Shown here one piece after another: positions 17,885-27,047 of a DNA stretch of 64,000 nucleotides (the first letter of the stretch is position 1; each line of letters begins with the position of its first letter). A program made the translations under genes and the position numbers. The notes under the pieces were generated by a model. It had not been told where the DNA came from, searched no databases, and saw only the letters and a program-made list of their open reading frames with translations. Origin of the DNA: an uncultured Chlamydiae bacterium (lineage in GTDB: Bacteria; Chlamydiota; Chlamydiia; Chlamydiales; JAJFMA01); contig CAVQMM010000001.1 of assembly GCA_963713615.1 (NCBI GenBank), forward strand, positions 2,848,001-2,912,000, written 5' to 3'.

Positions 17885-18008
17885 GGAGAAAACTTAGAAC
17901 CTCGCGGAATTACGAAAAAGGTGGCTTCAATTGACGCTTACGTCGCGAGCGACACGCACTCCAAAGCGCTTTGCGCCGAGCCACGATTGTGAGCGTTTTA
18001 ATGATAAA

Positions 18009-18038
18009 AAAAAGGGACCTCCGAAGAGGTCCCTTTTT
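18009..18038 (-). terminator. Intrinsic (potentially bidirectional) terminator
   Basis: AAAAAGGGACCTC-CGAA-GAGGTCCCTTTTT just after the porin stop codon. Confidence 0.9.
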
Positions 18039-18062
18039 AAACTAAGCTCTGATCCGTGAGGA

Positions 18063-19502
18063 CTAGAACGCGTAGATTGCCGCTAGTTTAAAGCGGTTGT
18101 AGTTCAGCTTGCCACCAATAGCCTTGTTGGTAGCAACTGCCATTTGGAAGGATGCGTCGAGGGACAGATCGTCCGTCACAGCATACAGACCTTCAATCTT
18201 CCAACCTTTGTAGTTAGCGTTACCACGGGAGTTGGCTGCGATGCCACCAGGCTGAGTCGTACCGCCATCAAGAAGTTGAGTCAGTTGTTGCTTCAAGACG
18301 TTGCCACGGCCAATGCCTGACACATCAGGATCAGGTACGCACTGTGCTTGTACGTATTGGTAGTTAATATCTACGGACCAGTCACCTTCGCGGCTGACTT
18401 CACCGAAAGTTGCACCAACATACCAACCGAAGTTCTGTCTTTGATTGTTGGTGAACTGTTGCCCTTTTGCTGCACTATTGTACAAGAACGCACCATAGAG
18501 CTTCGAAGGCATGCACAAAATTTCTGGGTCGAAATGGTAGTAACCTAAGAACTGGCTAACTTGGAACTGCCATGCTTCTGGATGACCAATAAATGCACGG
18601 TTGGTGCCTTTTTTCTGCCAGTCGATGAAGGAGTATTTAAAGTCCAAGCCCGTGTCACAAATGTTCAACAAGCCAGCTTCAACAGCCCAACCAAAATGGT
18701 TACCTCTTTCGTCGATTACGAAGCCAGCAAGGCTAAGATAAGCGTCTGAGCAGCAATCCATTTGTGTGCCATAACGGAACAAAAGACCGTCAAATTGGCA
18801 GTTGAATTCAACGCGGCTGTCGAACACGTCGTAGAAACGGCGACGACCACATTCAACGTCTAAGCGAGTGCAGCCATCTGTACAGATGTTATATCCGATA
18901 TAAGCTTTTCTCAAGCAAATATCGCTGCAGGAACCACTACCGAATGGGCCATGGTTGTTGAACGGTTGGCAATTAAAGCCAGTCAAAGGGTTTTGCTGAA
19001 TTAATTGGTCGCCTTCAACAACTTTGCCAGATTCTTGCACGCCCATTGAGTTGTCGAACTGTAACGAAGCAACAGCCCAGGTACGGTCGCATTTGTAGTC
19101 AAAATTTAAATTAAATTCGACGTCAAAATCACACCGGGTAATGCGATCACCGGTGTTTGTACCACCGATGTTCTCACCTGTCGTCGGATCAAGAATAGGC
19201 AGGTTACCGGAGCAATCTCTTGCATGGCCGCCACGCAGCTTATAGCCGTTGATTTTTTCATTGATATTGGCATACTCAACGCGCACGTCGCCGCTGATTG
19301 CCAAATTGCAGGCTTTTTCTTGTAGTTGAATGGTACGCTTGCTCTGAATGAACTCTACGACAGCGTCGAAGTCATTCTCATCAAGGTCATCCTTTATGCT
19401 ATTCACACAGCCGCATGCGCCAAAGACCGCGGAAGCAGAGAAGCTCACCGCCGCCAATACTGCAGGCAACACAAACCTGAAAAGCTTCATTGCACTCTCC
19501 AT
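18063..19502 (-). CDS. Cysteine-rich outer-membrane beta-barrel/porin, chlamydial CT623 ('76 kDa homolog')-like
   Basis: Signal peptide, ISGDVR, RGNANYKG, terminal IYAF beta-signal and many Cys; family recognised from memory. Confidence 0.7.
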   Translation of the reverse strand: MESAMKLFRFVLPAVLAAVSFSASAVFGACGCVNSIKDDLDENDFDAVVEFIQSKRTIQLQEKACNLAISGDVRVEYANINEKINGYKLRGGHARDCSGNLPILDPTTGENIGGTNTGDRITRCDFDVEFNLNFDYKCDRTWAVASLQFDNSMGVQESGKVVEGDQLIQQNPLTGFNCQPFNNHGPFGSGSCSDICLRKAYIGYNICTDGCTRLDVECGRRRFYDVFDSRVEFNCQFDGLLFRYGTQMDCCSDAYLSLAGFVIDERGNHFGWAVEAGLLNICDTGLDFKYSFIDWQKKGTNRAFIGHPEAWQFQVSQFLGYYHFDPEILCMPSKLYGAFLYNSAAKGQQFTNNQRQNFGWYVGATFGEVSREGDWSVDINYQYVQAQCVPDPDVSGIGRGNVLKQQLTQLLDGGTTQPGGIAANSRGNANYKGWKIEGLYAVTDDLSLDASFQMAVATNKAIGGKLNYNRFKLAAIYAF

Positions 19503-19927
19503 TTTTTGCTTATGGTTTAATTTTTCGATAATGTCTTAGCTAACTCAGCTAGTCCCACCTTACTGCGTCCTAGACGTTATCTCGAGGTGATTTTGTGATC
19601 CCGTTCCTCATATTGCGTGTACCTCAATGAAGCACTAAACTATATATATAGGAATAGTAACACTTTTTGTAAACACCTTTTGTATTCCTTTCTTTCGTCA
19701 TCATTACCGTTTTCGGATAGGCTTACCAGAATCTATACACTTAAACTACAACTTATTGCTGCTGTTTTAGTGCTACGTTCTGGGCCGTCCTTAAACAAGG
19801 TTTTCTTCCGCTTGCAAGAAACTACGCAAAGTTGACACAAGTATTTAAAGTTTTTCCCTGATTTAGTCAAGGTTCTTCGTTAAAAAGACCAAAATTCTTT
19901 GTTTTTTGCTTTACCACATCCTGTAGC

Positions 19928-22891
19928 CTAACTTCGATATTCACTGGGATTGGTAAAAATACCCCATGTTAGGTCATGCCGGCTGCCGTCTAACCAGTGC
20001 TTCCAAGAGCTCATGGGTGAACCCACCGTGCCAGTATCGTCAACGCGCCATAGTTCAAAATTGCCCGTACCGGGATTAACTGCAAAGGCAAAGAAGTCTG
20101 TGACCCAGTTGGTATCGGCAAAAATTAATGGCGCCGGCATGGCATAACCGAGCTCTTGAGCTGCTTGGGCGACTTCTCGATGGTAGTTCGCTGCTGTCTG
20201 AGGTCCCTTGACAATACATAGGAGAGCTTTGATGATGTTCTGCAATTCAAGCGCCGTGACGGCATTGGGAGTTGGCGCCTCCCGTGCTATCTGGCTGTAG
20301 AGGTCGCTTACTTGCTGTCGCTCTTTTGAGGTTAGGCTTACAATGCGTTCAACAATTTCGGTAAGGCGTCTTTCTAGATCGTATCCACGAGTTAGTGGGA
20401 GTGATTTGAATAAAAAACTATCCATTTCTTCATAGCTGATCATTGGTCTGCCAAAGGGCCTTAGCTTTGATGAGCGACCGATTTCTTTCACTACATATTC
20501 TCGGAATTCCATAGCCGTTAACTTTCCCGGAAGGCTATAGAAAACATCGCGGTAGGCTGCTCGATATTCTAAAGGCACGGCTTCTTGCTCTAAGACTTCC
20601 ACTAAGTGGCTGATGAAGTCGCGGTCGAGGTATTGCTCTACAGCAAAACGTTTTGCCGGTAGAAAAATTTGGTCCCTTACCCATGTATAGGTGAATGTTT
20701 TATCGGGAACTGCTCGCTTGAAGAGGTCAAAGCCTGGTTTGAATAGGAATGCATGAGTGGGTGAATGCATCAGCATAGATTTGTGGGAATCTTTAAGATA
20801 AACATCGGCTACGTTAGCCGGCATTTTCTTGACGAGATCCAGAAAAAACACAGCTAGTTCCATTTCGTTTTCCACCCAGCGCTCGGAGGATGTATGCTGA
20901 TCACTGCGAAAATAGCAGCTGACCAGTGTTTCCATATTTCCACCAGAGGTGTAGGCCCAGGGTTTTTTCTCTATCTTATCGAGGTGCTGCAGGGGATTTT
21001 TGACCATGTGTCCGCCCTGTGCAGCAGCCATGCGGTAGAGAGCACTTTCTATGAACTGAACCGTTCTTACGTGGCTGACGACAGCGGTGATGATGTAGCC
21101 CAAATCCTCTTCAATTCCCTCAAGCTCAGCGCTGTCACGTAGAATGCTTTCGGTTGAAGTGAAAAAGGCAGACAGGGCTTCAGAGTATTGAACATGATTA
21201 TAAATGCGCGTCCATAATGCCGTATTGGAGCGTCCATGCTTATAAAGTAAACGAAATCCGGCAGGGCTGTCATCATATGGACCCACATCGACATCATGAA
21301 GATCAGCGTCGTACACTTCTTGGAAGTAGGTAGGAAACAGTTCTAAATAAAGATTATGCAGGACCGCATAAAGATTAGAATAACGATTAGCCTTTTGTTG
21401 CGCCTTATTGCGCAGGGTTTCCAGAGTATAAAATTCGTTTCTCTTGGTTTGGTACTCGATATTGAGCCACTTCGCTTCCTGTTCTGTGTGAGCTCGTCTA
21501 ATACGCCCTTCAAGATATTTCAGCTGAATGTATTCCGTTTCGTACTCATCTTGGTGTTTTTGTACTGAACGATTCGCTTCTTCAAGCCTCTGTTGGATGA
21601 TCTGGTTTAAACAGGAGGCAATTCCTCCGGGTTCATTAGCGCCGAGGCCTAGACTGGAGTAAAGATTCCATTTAGTAAAATTTGCCTTGGTTTCAGCAAA
21701 GGAAGCCACGGTAAATTCCCAAACACGTAGTAGTGCATTGTCAGTAATGCCCTTAAAAGCATTACATGCTATTTCGAAATCAGCCAGACAATGGGCACAG
21801 CGTTCACTTTTAGATGAGCTATCTATATGGCTGCGAGTGACCTGCATCATCAAGTTACTTTGAAGCATGGGTTTTGGACGATTTTCGTAGTCGATCAGGT
21901 CCTGGCGGGTAAGGTTATAATGAATCATTAGAACGCGTTTCAGAAGTTCTTCAGCGCTAGCGACAACGTAGGGCTGTTCACCTTCCCAAACCCCCAATGT
22001 ACTAGCCACAAGTTTCTTTATTTCCTCCGTTGCGGCATCTACCTCAACGTCAGGCTTAATAAGCTCTACAGCCCTTAAAGCTGCCAGGATACCTGGCGAT
22101 TTCCACATGTTATTACCTGAATGACCAATCTCACGCCAGATGCCAAAGCGTTTACGAAGATCGCCTGCTCCCCATGTGGAACTAATCGGCGCGTTATACT
22201 GTGTACCCCCATAGGTTCGTCTGAGTCGCCCAGTGCTTAATAGATCATCGATATCCTGAAGAAATTGCCTCGGTTGTTCGTCATGGACAATGATGGAAGG
22301 GGCTGTAGCAAAGCATGACCCAACGTTTTGGCGCAGATAGCATAGCCAAGCGGCCAGGGCAGCTTGCCGGGCATGAGTATCTGTTGTAATGGTTCCTTCA
22401 GGAATCTGAAGTGTATCGCGAATGACATGGTCCGCTATGCGGTTGTTTGCAGGCTTGCCAATCTTAAGAAGAAGCAGACGTAAGTCTTTCTGGCTTCGAA
22501 GTTCTCGTATAACATTTAAAATATGTTCTTGTCGTCGAGCGTCGTGTTGACGCTCGGGTCCGAGCGAGTATAGTCGTTTCTGGAGCGCCATTTCGACCTG
22601 TTGGAGCCTTTTATCGACCAGTTCGCCCTTTTCATTGATTAAATATATTGCCAATGCTCGTGTTCTTAGCACATTACGCACAGAACACGATTCCTGAATT
22701 CCCGTTACCTTAAGGCGCTCTGTTAAGTCGAGGTATTCTCTTCCCAGAATATCGCCCAGCAGCGGATCTTCCGCCTTCCAGACTTCATGGTTTTGTCGAG
22801 CCGTGGTCTGGAAAATGCGAGCATAGAATTCCGGATGGGTGATCGGAACCTCAATGGTGGTCAGCAGAGACTTTAGTTGTGCAGGGTCCAC
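19928..22891 (-). CDS. Conserved chlamydial large hypothetical protein (possibly CT590-like)
   Basis: 987-aa ORF with conserved-looking blocks YLRQNVGSCFATAP, KPWAYTSGG, LMHSPTHAF and FADTNW; the orthologue name is tentative. Confidence 0.6.
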   Translation of the reverse strand: MDPAQLKSLLTTIEVPITHPEFYARIFQTTARQNHEVWKAEDPLLGDILGREYLDLTERLKVTGIQESCSVRNVLRTRALAIYLINEKGELVDKRLQQVEMALQKRLYSLGPERQHDARRQEHILNVIRELRSQKDLRLLLLKIGKPANNRIADHVIRDTLQIPEGTITTDTHARQAALAAWLCYLRQNVGSCFATAPSIIVHDEQPRQFLQDIDDLLSTGRLRRTYGGTQYNAPISSTWGAGDLRKRFGIWREIGHSGNNMWKSPGILAALRAVELIKPDVEVDAATEEIKKLVASTLGVWEGEQPYVVASAEELLKRVLMIHYNLTRQDLIDYENRPKPMLQSNLMMQVTRSHIDSSSKSERCAHCLADFEIACNAFKGITDNALLRVWEFTVASFAETKANFTKWNLYSSLGLGANEPGGIASCLNQIIQQRLEEANRSVQKHQDEYETEYIQLKYLEGRIRRAHTEQEAKWLNIEYQTKRNEFYTLETLRNKAQQKANRYSNLYAVLHNLYLELFPTYFQEVYDADLHDVDVGPYDDSPAGFRLLYKHGRSNTALWTRIYNHVQYSEALSAFFTSTESILRDSAELEGIEEDLGYIITAVVSHVRTVQFIESALYRMAAAQGGHMVKNPLQHLDKIEKKPWAYTSGGNMETLVSCYFRSDQHTSSERWVENEMELAVFFLDLVKKMPANVADVYLKDSHKSMLMHSPTHAFLFKPGFDLFKRAVPDKTFTYTWVRDQIFLPAKRFAVEQYLDRDFISHLVEVLEQEAVPLEYRAAYRDVFYSLPGKLTAMEFREYVVKEIGRSSKLRPFGRPMISYEEMDSFLFKSLPLTRGYDLERRLTEIVERIVSLTSKERQQVSDLYSQIAREAPTPNAVTALELQNIIKALLCIVKGPQTAANYHREVAQAAQELGYAMPAPLIFADTNWVTDFFAFAVNPGTGNFELWRVDDTGTVGSPMSSWKHWLDGSRHDLTWGIFTNPSEYRS

Positions 22892-22984
22892 AGGAAACCT
22901 AAACCTATTTTTTGTGATACTACCATATTTTGGCTTGTCAGTGCATCCTTTCCCTATCGAAGTCTTGGCGAATGTAATCTGCTC

Positions 22985-23332
22985 TAGGAATTTTCACCGT
23001 CGAGGCGCATAGAAGCTCGTGGGGCTTTTTTAGGATTTTTACCGCCGAGGCGCCGAGACAGGAGAGAGAGGATTAGGAAAGACTGTGCCGTTTGTGTGTC
23101 CTTGGGCAAAATTCTGCCCAAGGACACACAAACAGCACAGGTGCTCAATCTAACTTTTTTGAGGACCTGTTCAGTTACTACCGACTCTGGACAAAGTCCT
23201 GTCTAAGGGCACTACGGAATCGTATTTTTGCGAGAACCCTTAGACTGGATTTTGTCCAGAGTCGGTAGTAACTGAACAGTCTTTCCTAATCCTCTCTCTC
23301 CTATCTCGGCGCCTCGGCGGTGAAAATTCCTA
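22985..23332. repeat. Compound palindrome: ~56-bp outer inverted arms enclosing three chained hairpins
   Basis: Outer arms 23031-23086 and 23276-23332; hairpins 23083-23140, 23137-23170 and 23167-23279; partial extra arm at 22985-23008. Confidence 0.9.
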
Positions 23333-23421
23333 ATTCTCCTAGGGGCACACAAGGGACTTTTCTTTTGACGAGAGATAGATTACAATTTGCATATCGAGAC
23401 CGTAAAACCCGATTAGGAATT

Positions 23422-25359
23422 ATGTTTATCAAATTAAAAGATGGTGCTTTGGTAGAAATTGCCGAAGGCAGCACGGCACAGGATTTAGCAAAAAAATTGA
23501 ATCTCAATGGGCCCGCCCAAGCCTTGGCTGCTAGCGTCAATGGCGTTACACGAGACTTGAGCCATGCTCTGCAGGATGGCGATACAGTTATCTTGTGGAA
23601 TTTTGATGATCCTCAAGGCAAGGAAGTTTTCTGGCACACGTCAGCGCACGTATTGGCTCAGGCAATCTTGCGTCTTTGGCCCGATGCCAAACCTACCATA
23701 GGCCCCCCTATCGATAATGGCTTCTACTATGATTTTGCTAATCTAACGATTTCCGACGAGGATTTCGGCAAGATTGAAGAAACCATGAAAGCCATTATAG
23801 CCGAAAACTACAAAAGCCAACGCGAAGTCTTTGCCTCCAAAAATGATGCTTTAGCAGCCTTCAGCAACAATCCCTATAAAGTCGAATTAATAAATAGTTT
23901 CGATACTTCCGAACCTTTAACAGGTTATCGTCAGGGTGAATTCTTCGACTTATGCCGCGGACCCCACCTTCCTGCCTTAGGAAAAATAAAAGCCTTGAAG
24001 GTGATGAAAACCTCTGGAGCCTACTGGCGGGGTGATTCGAAAAACGAGATGTTAACGCGTATTTACGCAACAACTTTCCCCGACCGCAAGTTGCTCAATG
24101 ACTACCTTACATGGATTGAGGAAGCAAAAAAGCGCGATCACAAGGTCCTAGGGCCTAGATTGGACCTTTTTTCGTTGAAGGAAGAGGCTCCTGGCATGCC
24201 TTTCATTCATCCAGCAGGCATGATCATCTGGAATCACCTGAACGACTACTGTCGCGAAACATGGCGCAACAACGACTATGTTGAGATCAAAACACCTTGC
24301 ATGATGAGCCGTGAATTATGGGAGCGGTCGGGTCATTGGCAAAACTATCTCCACAATATGTTTGCAATTAAAATTGAAGACCGTGACGTCGCTGTAAAAC
24401 CGATGAATTGCCCCGGTGGCATGCTTTTCTACCGCAGTCATGTTCATAGCTATCGTGATCTGCCTTACCGAGTGGGTGAGATCGGTAACGTACACCGCTA
24501 CGAGCCCTCAGGAGCCCTATCAGGCCTCATGCGTGTCAGAAGCTTCCATCAGGATGATGCTCACATTTTTATGCGTCCTAGCGATATAGAGAATGAAATT
24601 CTCAACGTACTAAAGTTGGCTGATGAAATTTACACCACCTTCGGTCTACACTATCACCTAGAGCTATCAACCAAGCCTGAAAAAAATACCATAGGGTCTG
24701 ACGAAGATTGGGAACACGCTACCACATGTCTCCAGAAGGCTCTAGAACGTGCAGGACGTCCCTTTAGAATTAATGTAGGTGATGGCGCTTTCTATGGTCC
24801 TAAAATAGATTTTCATATTCGCGATGCCCTCAACCGCACCTGGCAATGTGGAACGATTCAATTAGACATGGCGCTCCCAGAAAAATTTGACTTGGAATAC
24901 ACAGAAGAAGATGGCACGCGTCAGCGTCCTGTGATGATTCATAGGGCCTTGTTAGGCTCTATAGAACGTTTCTTCGGTATCCTCATCGAACACTTTGCTG
25001 GTCGCTTTCCTTTGTGGCTAAGCCCTCGTCAAGTACGCGTCCTCACCGTAGCGGATCGACACCTTCCCTTTGCTGAAGATCTTTGCGCCAAAATCAAAAA
25101 GCAAGGTTTCTACGTTACCGTCGATCACTCTGGTGAATCGATGAGTAAGAAGGTGCGCAATGCACAGCTCGATCAGGTCAACTACATCTTCACCATTGGA
25201 GATCGTGAGCAGGAGAACGGCACAGCGACGCTTAGAACTCGCGATAATGTTGTACATGGTGAGGTTCACATAGATGAATTCCTGCAAAAGATCGATGAGG
25301 AACGACGTCAGCGCAGCTTAGTATCTGCCTATGGGTCACAAGAAGGCATGAAGGAGTAA
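23422..25359 (+). CDS. thrS: Threonine--tRNA ligase
   Basis: TGS domain, HTSAH, DLCRGPH, KRDH, KPMNCP, RYEPSG, QCGTIQLD and IHRA.LGS.ERF. Confidence 0.98.
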   Translation: MFIKLKDGALVEIAEGSTAQDLAKKLNLNGPAQALAASVNGVTRDLSHALQDGDTVILWNFDDPQGKEVFWHTSAHVLAQAILRLWPDAKPTIGPPIDNGFYYDFANLTISDEDFGKIEETMKAIIAENYKSQREVFASKNDALAAFSNNPYKVELINSFDTSEPLTGYRQGEFFDLCRGPHLPALGKIKALKVMKTSGAYWRGDSKNEMLTRIYATTFPDRKLLNDYLTWIEEAKKRDHKVLGPRLDLFSLKEEAPGMPFIHPAGMIIWNHLNDYCRETWRNNDYVEIKTPCMMSRELWERSGHWQNYLHNMFAIKIEDRDVAVKPMNCPGGMLFYRSHVHSYRDLPYRVGEIGNVHRYEPSGALSGLMRVRSFHQDDAHIFMRPSDIENEILNVLKLADEIYTTFGLHYHLELSTKPEKNTIGSDEDWEHATTCLQKALERAGRPFRINVGDGAFYGPKIDFHIRDALNRTWQCGTIQLDMALPEKFDLEYTEEDGTRQRPVMIHRALLGSIERFFGILIEHFAGRFPLWLSPRQVRVLTVADRHLPFAEDLCAKIKKQGFYVTVDHSGESMSKKVRNAQLDQVNYIFTIGDREQENGTATLRTRDNVVHGEVHIDEFLQKIDEERRQRSLVSAYGSQEGMKE

Positions 25360-25364
25360 TAAAA

Positions 25365-26123
25365 ATGGCCAAATGTACAATAGCCATTAGTAGTTTCAAA
25401 GGTGGCACAGCCAAAACCTCAACAGCTCTACATGTGGGAGCTGCATTGGCCAAATTTCACAAAAAGAAGGTCTTGCTGATCGATTTCGATGCTCAAGCCA
25501 ATCTTACATCTGGTCTCGGTTTTGATCCTGATACCGCGGATAGCCTGGCTCCCGTCTTGCAAGGCACAAAACAGATACAAGACGTCATCCTCAAAACCAA
25601 AGTTAAGAATCTTGACCTCGTACCTGGCGACACATGGCTGGAAAGGGTAGAGGTTACCGGACCGCTAGCTGCCGATCGCTATTCTCATGAACGTCTTCGC
25701 GAGATCATTAGTCCGTTAAAATATGATTTTGTCATTATCGATACCCCTCCATCACTATGTTGGTTGACAGAATCAGCCATGATCGCTGCCAAGTACTCCC
25801 TCGTATGTGCTACACCTGAATTTTACAGTGTCAAAGGCTTGGAACGGCTGGGGCAGTTTATTGAAAGCATTGGACAACGTCATCCCATGGATGTTTTAGC
25901 CGTGATCCTTTCCTTCTGGAATGAGCGTGGCAAGAGCAATATAGCATTCCTGGACGTCATCGAGAAGGTCTTTCCTGGAAAAACCCTAGAAGCACGTGTG
26001 CGTCGAGATATTAAGGTTTCCGAAGCCTGTATTTATGGACAACCACTTTTCGAAACGGCTCCAACCAGCCGTGCGGCTGAAGATTACCGCATGGTCACAA
26101 AAGAACTTTTGCAGAGAGTATAG
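25365..26123 (+). CDS. parA: ParA/MinD-family ATPase (chromosomal pGP5-D-like, CT582-like)
   Basis: KGGTAKTST deviant Walker A, IDFDAQAN and IDTPP; synteny after thrS. Confidence 0.92.
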   Translation: MAKCTIAISSFKGGTAKTSTALHVGAALAKFHKKKVLLIDFDAQANLTSGLGFDPDTADSLAPVLQGTKQIQDVILKTKVKNLDLVPGDTWLERVEVTGPLAADRYSHERLREIISPLKYDFVIIDTPPSLCWLTESAMIAAKYSLVCATPEFYSVKGLERLGQFIESIGQRHPMDVLAVILSFWNERGKSNIAFLDVIEKVFPGKTLEARVRRDIKVSEACIYGQPLFETAPTSRAAEDYRMVTKELLQRV

Positions 26124-26133
26124 GGAGAACGAA

Positions 26134-26883
26134 ATGGCCGGTGTTAACGCCATGCTTAGCGCGCGCTTAAGCAATAAGAATAAAAGTACTAAGGTTGCAG
26201 ATCTTGCTCGAAAGACGGCCAAAGGGGAACTGTCGGGCTTTTCAAATCTCTTCGGAAATGCTGAATTAAGCATCCGTGAGACAGAGATGCTTAATACCAT
26301 CCTGAGCGACTATGTCACTGATGAAGCAGACGTGCAGAAGGATCTAGCTGCGTTGATGACCATTACCAGTGAGGTAAAGGCCATCAATAATCAGGCTGCC
26401 CTGCTTCATGGTGAACGTATTAAAAGAGCTCAAGAGATATTGATTAAATATCAAGAAGGTGCTTTTTCAGCCTGGCTTATAGCTACCTATGGAAACCGTC
26501 AAACACCCTACAACCTCTTGCAGTATTACGAGTTCTATCACGCTGTTCCCAAAAAACTGCAACCACAGCTTGAGACAATGCCCCGCCAGGCCGTTTATAC
26601 CCTTGCCAGTCGTGATGGCGATTTCGACCAAAAGATCAAAGTGGTAGAAGATTACGATGGCGAAACGAAGCATGAGCTGTTATCCCTCATTCGTCAGCAC
26701 TTTCCGCTTTCGTCTACAGATCGACGCCGACAAAACATCGCTGAGTCCACTATCGCAAGCCTAGAACGCATCTCCGCAACACTACGCAGCAATAGGATTG
26801 CTTTAAGTAAAGTACAGAAGGAAATGCTAATGTCCTTGCTACAGTCCATCGAGGGATTGGTCAAAGCAGCACCCAAGGGTTAG
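26134..26883 (+). CDS. pGP6-D-related protein (CT583-like)
   Basis: EVKAINNQAALLHGERIK, GAFSAWL..TYGNRQTPYN and MPRQAVYTLASRDG. Confidence 0.9.
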   Translation: MAGVNAMLSARLSNKNKSTKVADLARKTAKGELSGFSNLFGNAELSIRETEMLNTILSDYVTDEADVQKDLAALMTITSEVKAINNQAALLHGERIKRAQEILIKYQEGAFSAWLIATYGNRQTPYNLLQYYEFYHAVPKKLQPQLETMPRQAVYTLASRDGDFDQKIKVVEDYDGETKHELLSLIRQHFPLSSTDRRRQNIAESTIASLERISATLRSNRIALSKVQKEMLMSLLQSIEGLVKAAPKG

Positions 26884-27032
26884 GGTGTAAATTTTGATGA
26901 CATTTTGGCAAAGAAAAATCACACGGGATTCAACGATCGAAAGCGACCCAGTATTATAATACGGGGTCGCTTTCGATCGTTGAATCCCGTGGATTTTTCA
27001 AAGCCAAAATGTCATCAAAATTTACACCCTAA
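26880..27032. mobile_element. 153-bp near-perfect palindromic MITE-like element
   Basis: TTAGGGTGTAAATTTTGATGAC...GTCATCAAAATTTACACCCTAA, flanked by direct repeat CCCAAGGG at 26872-79 and 27033-40. Confidence 0.8.
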
Positions 27033-27047
27033 CCCAAGGGATAGCCA

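Larger units (their letters stand above)
15647..17941 (-). mobile_element. IS66-family element (type A, 2295 bp)
   Basis: TIR GTAAGCGTCAATTGARGCCA; 8-bp TSD GTCGCGAG at 15639-15646 and 17942-17949. Confidence 0.95.
15463..17993. repeat. REPIN-like palindromic element (~228 bp) with its right arm split by IS66
   Basis: The 70-bp left arm 15463-15532 is inverted in 15621-15646 plus 17950-17993. The arms resemble the RAYT-flanking arms at 28472 and 29120. Confidence 0.8.

Noticed and set aside
23031..23332. T-box or tRNA-mimic leader for thrS
   Set aside because: No T-box consensus or specifier loop was seen; the long near-perfect stems fit a DNA repeat element better.
25365..26883. Integrated chlamydial plasmid
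   Set aside because: pGP5/pGP6-like genes after thrS are the known chromosomal paralogues, and no other plasmid genes are present.
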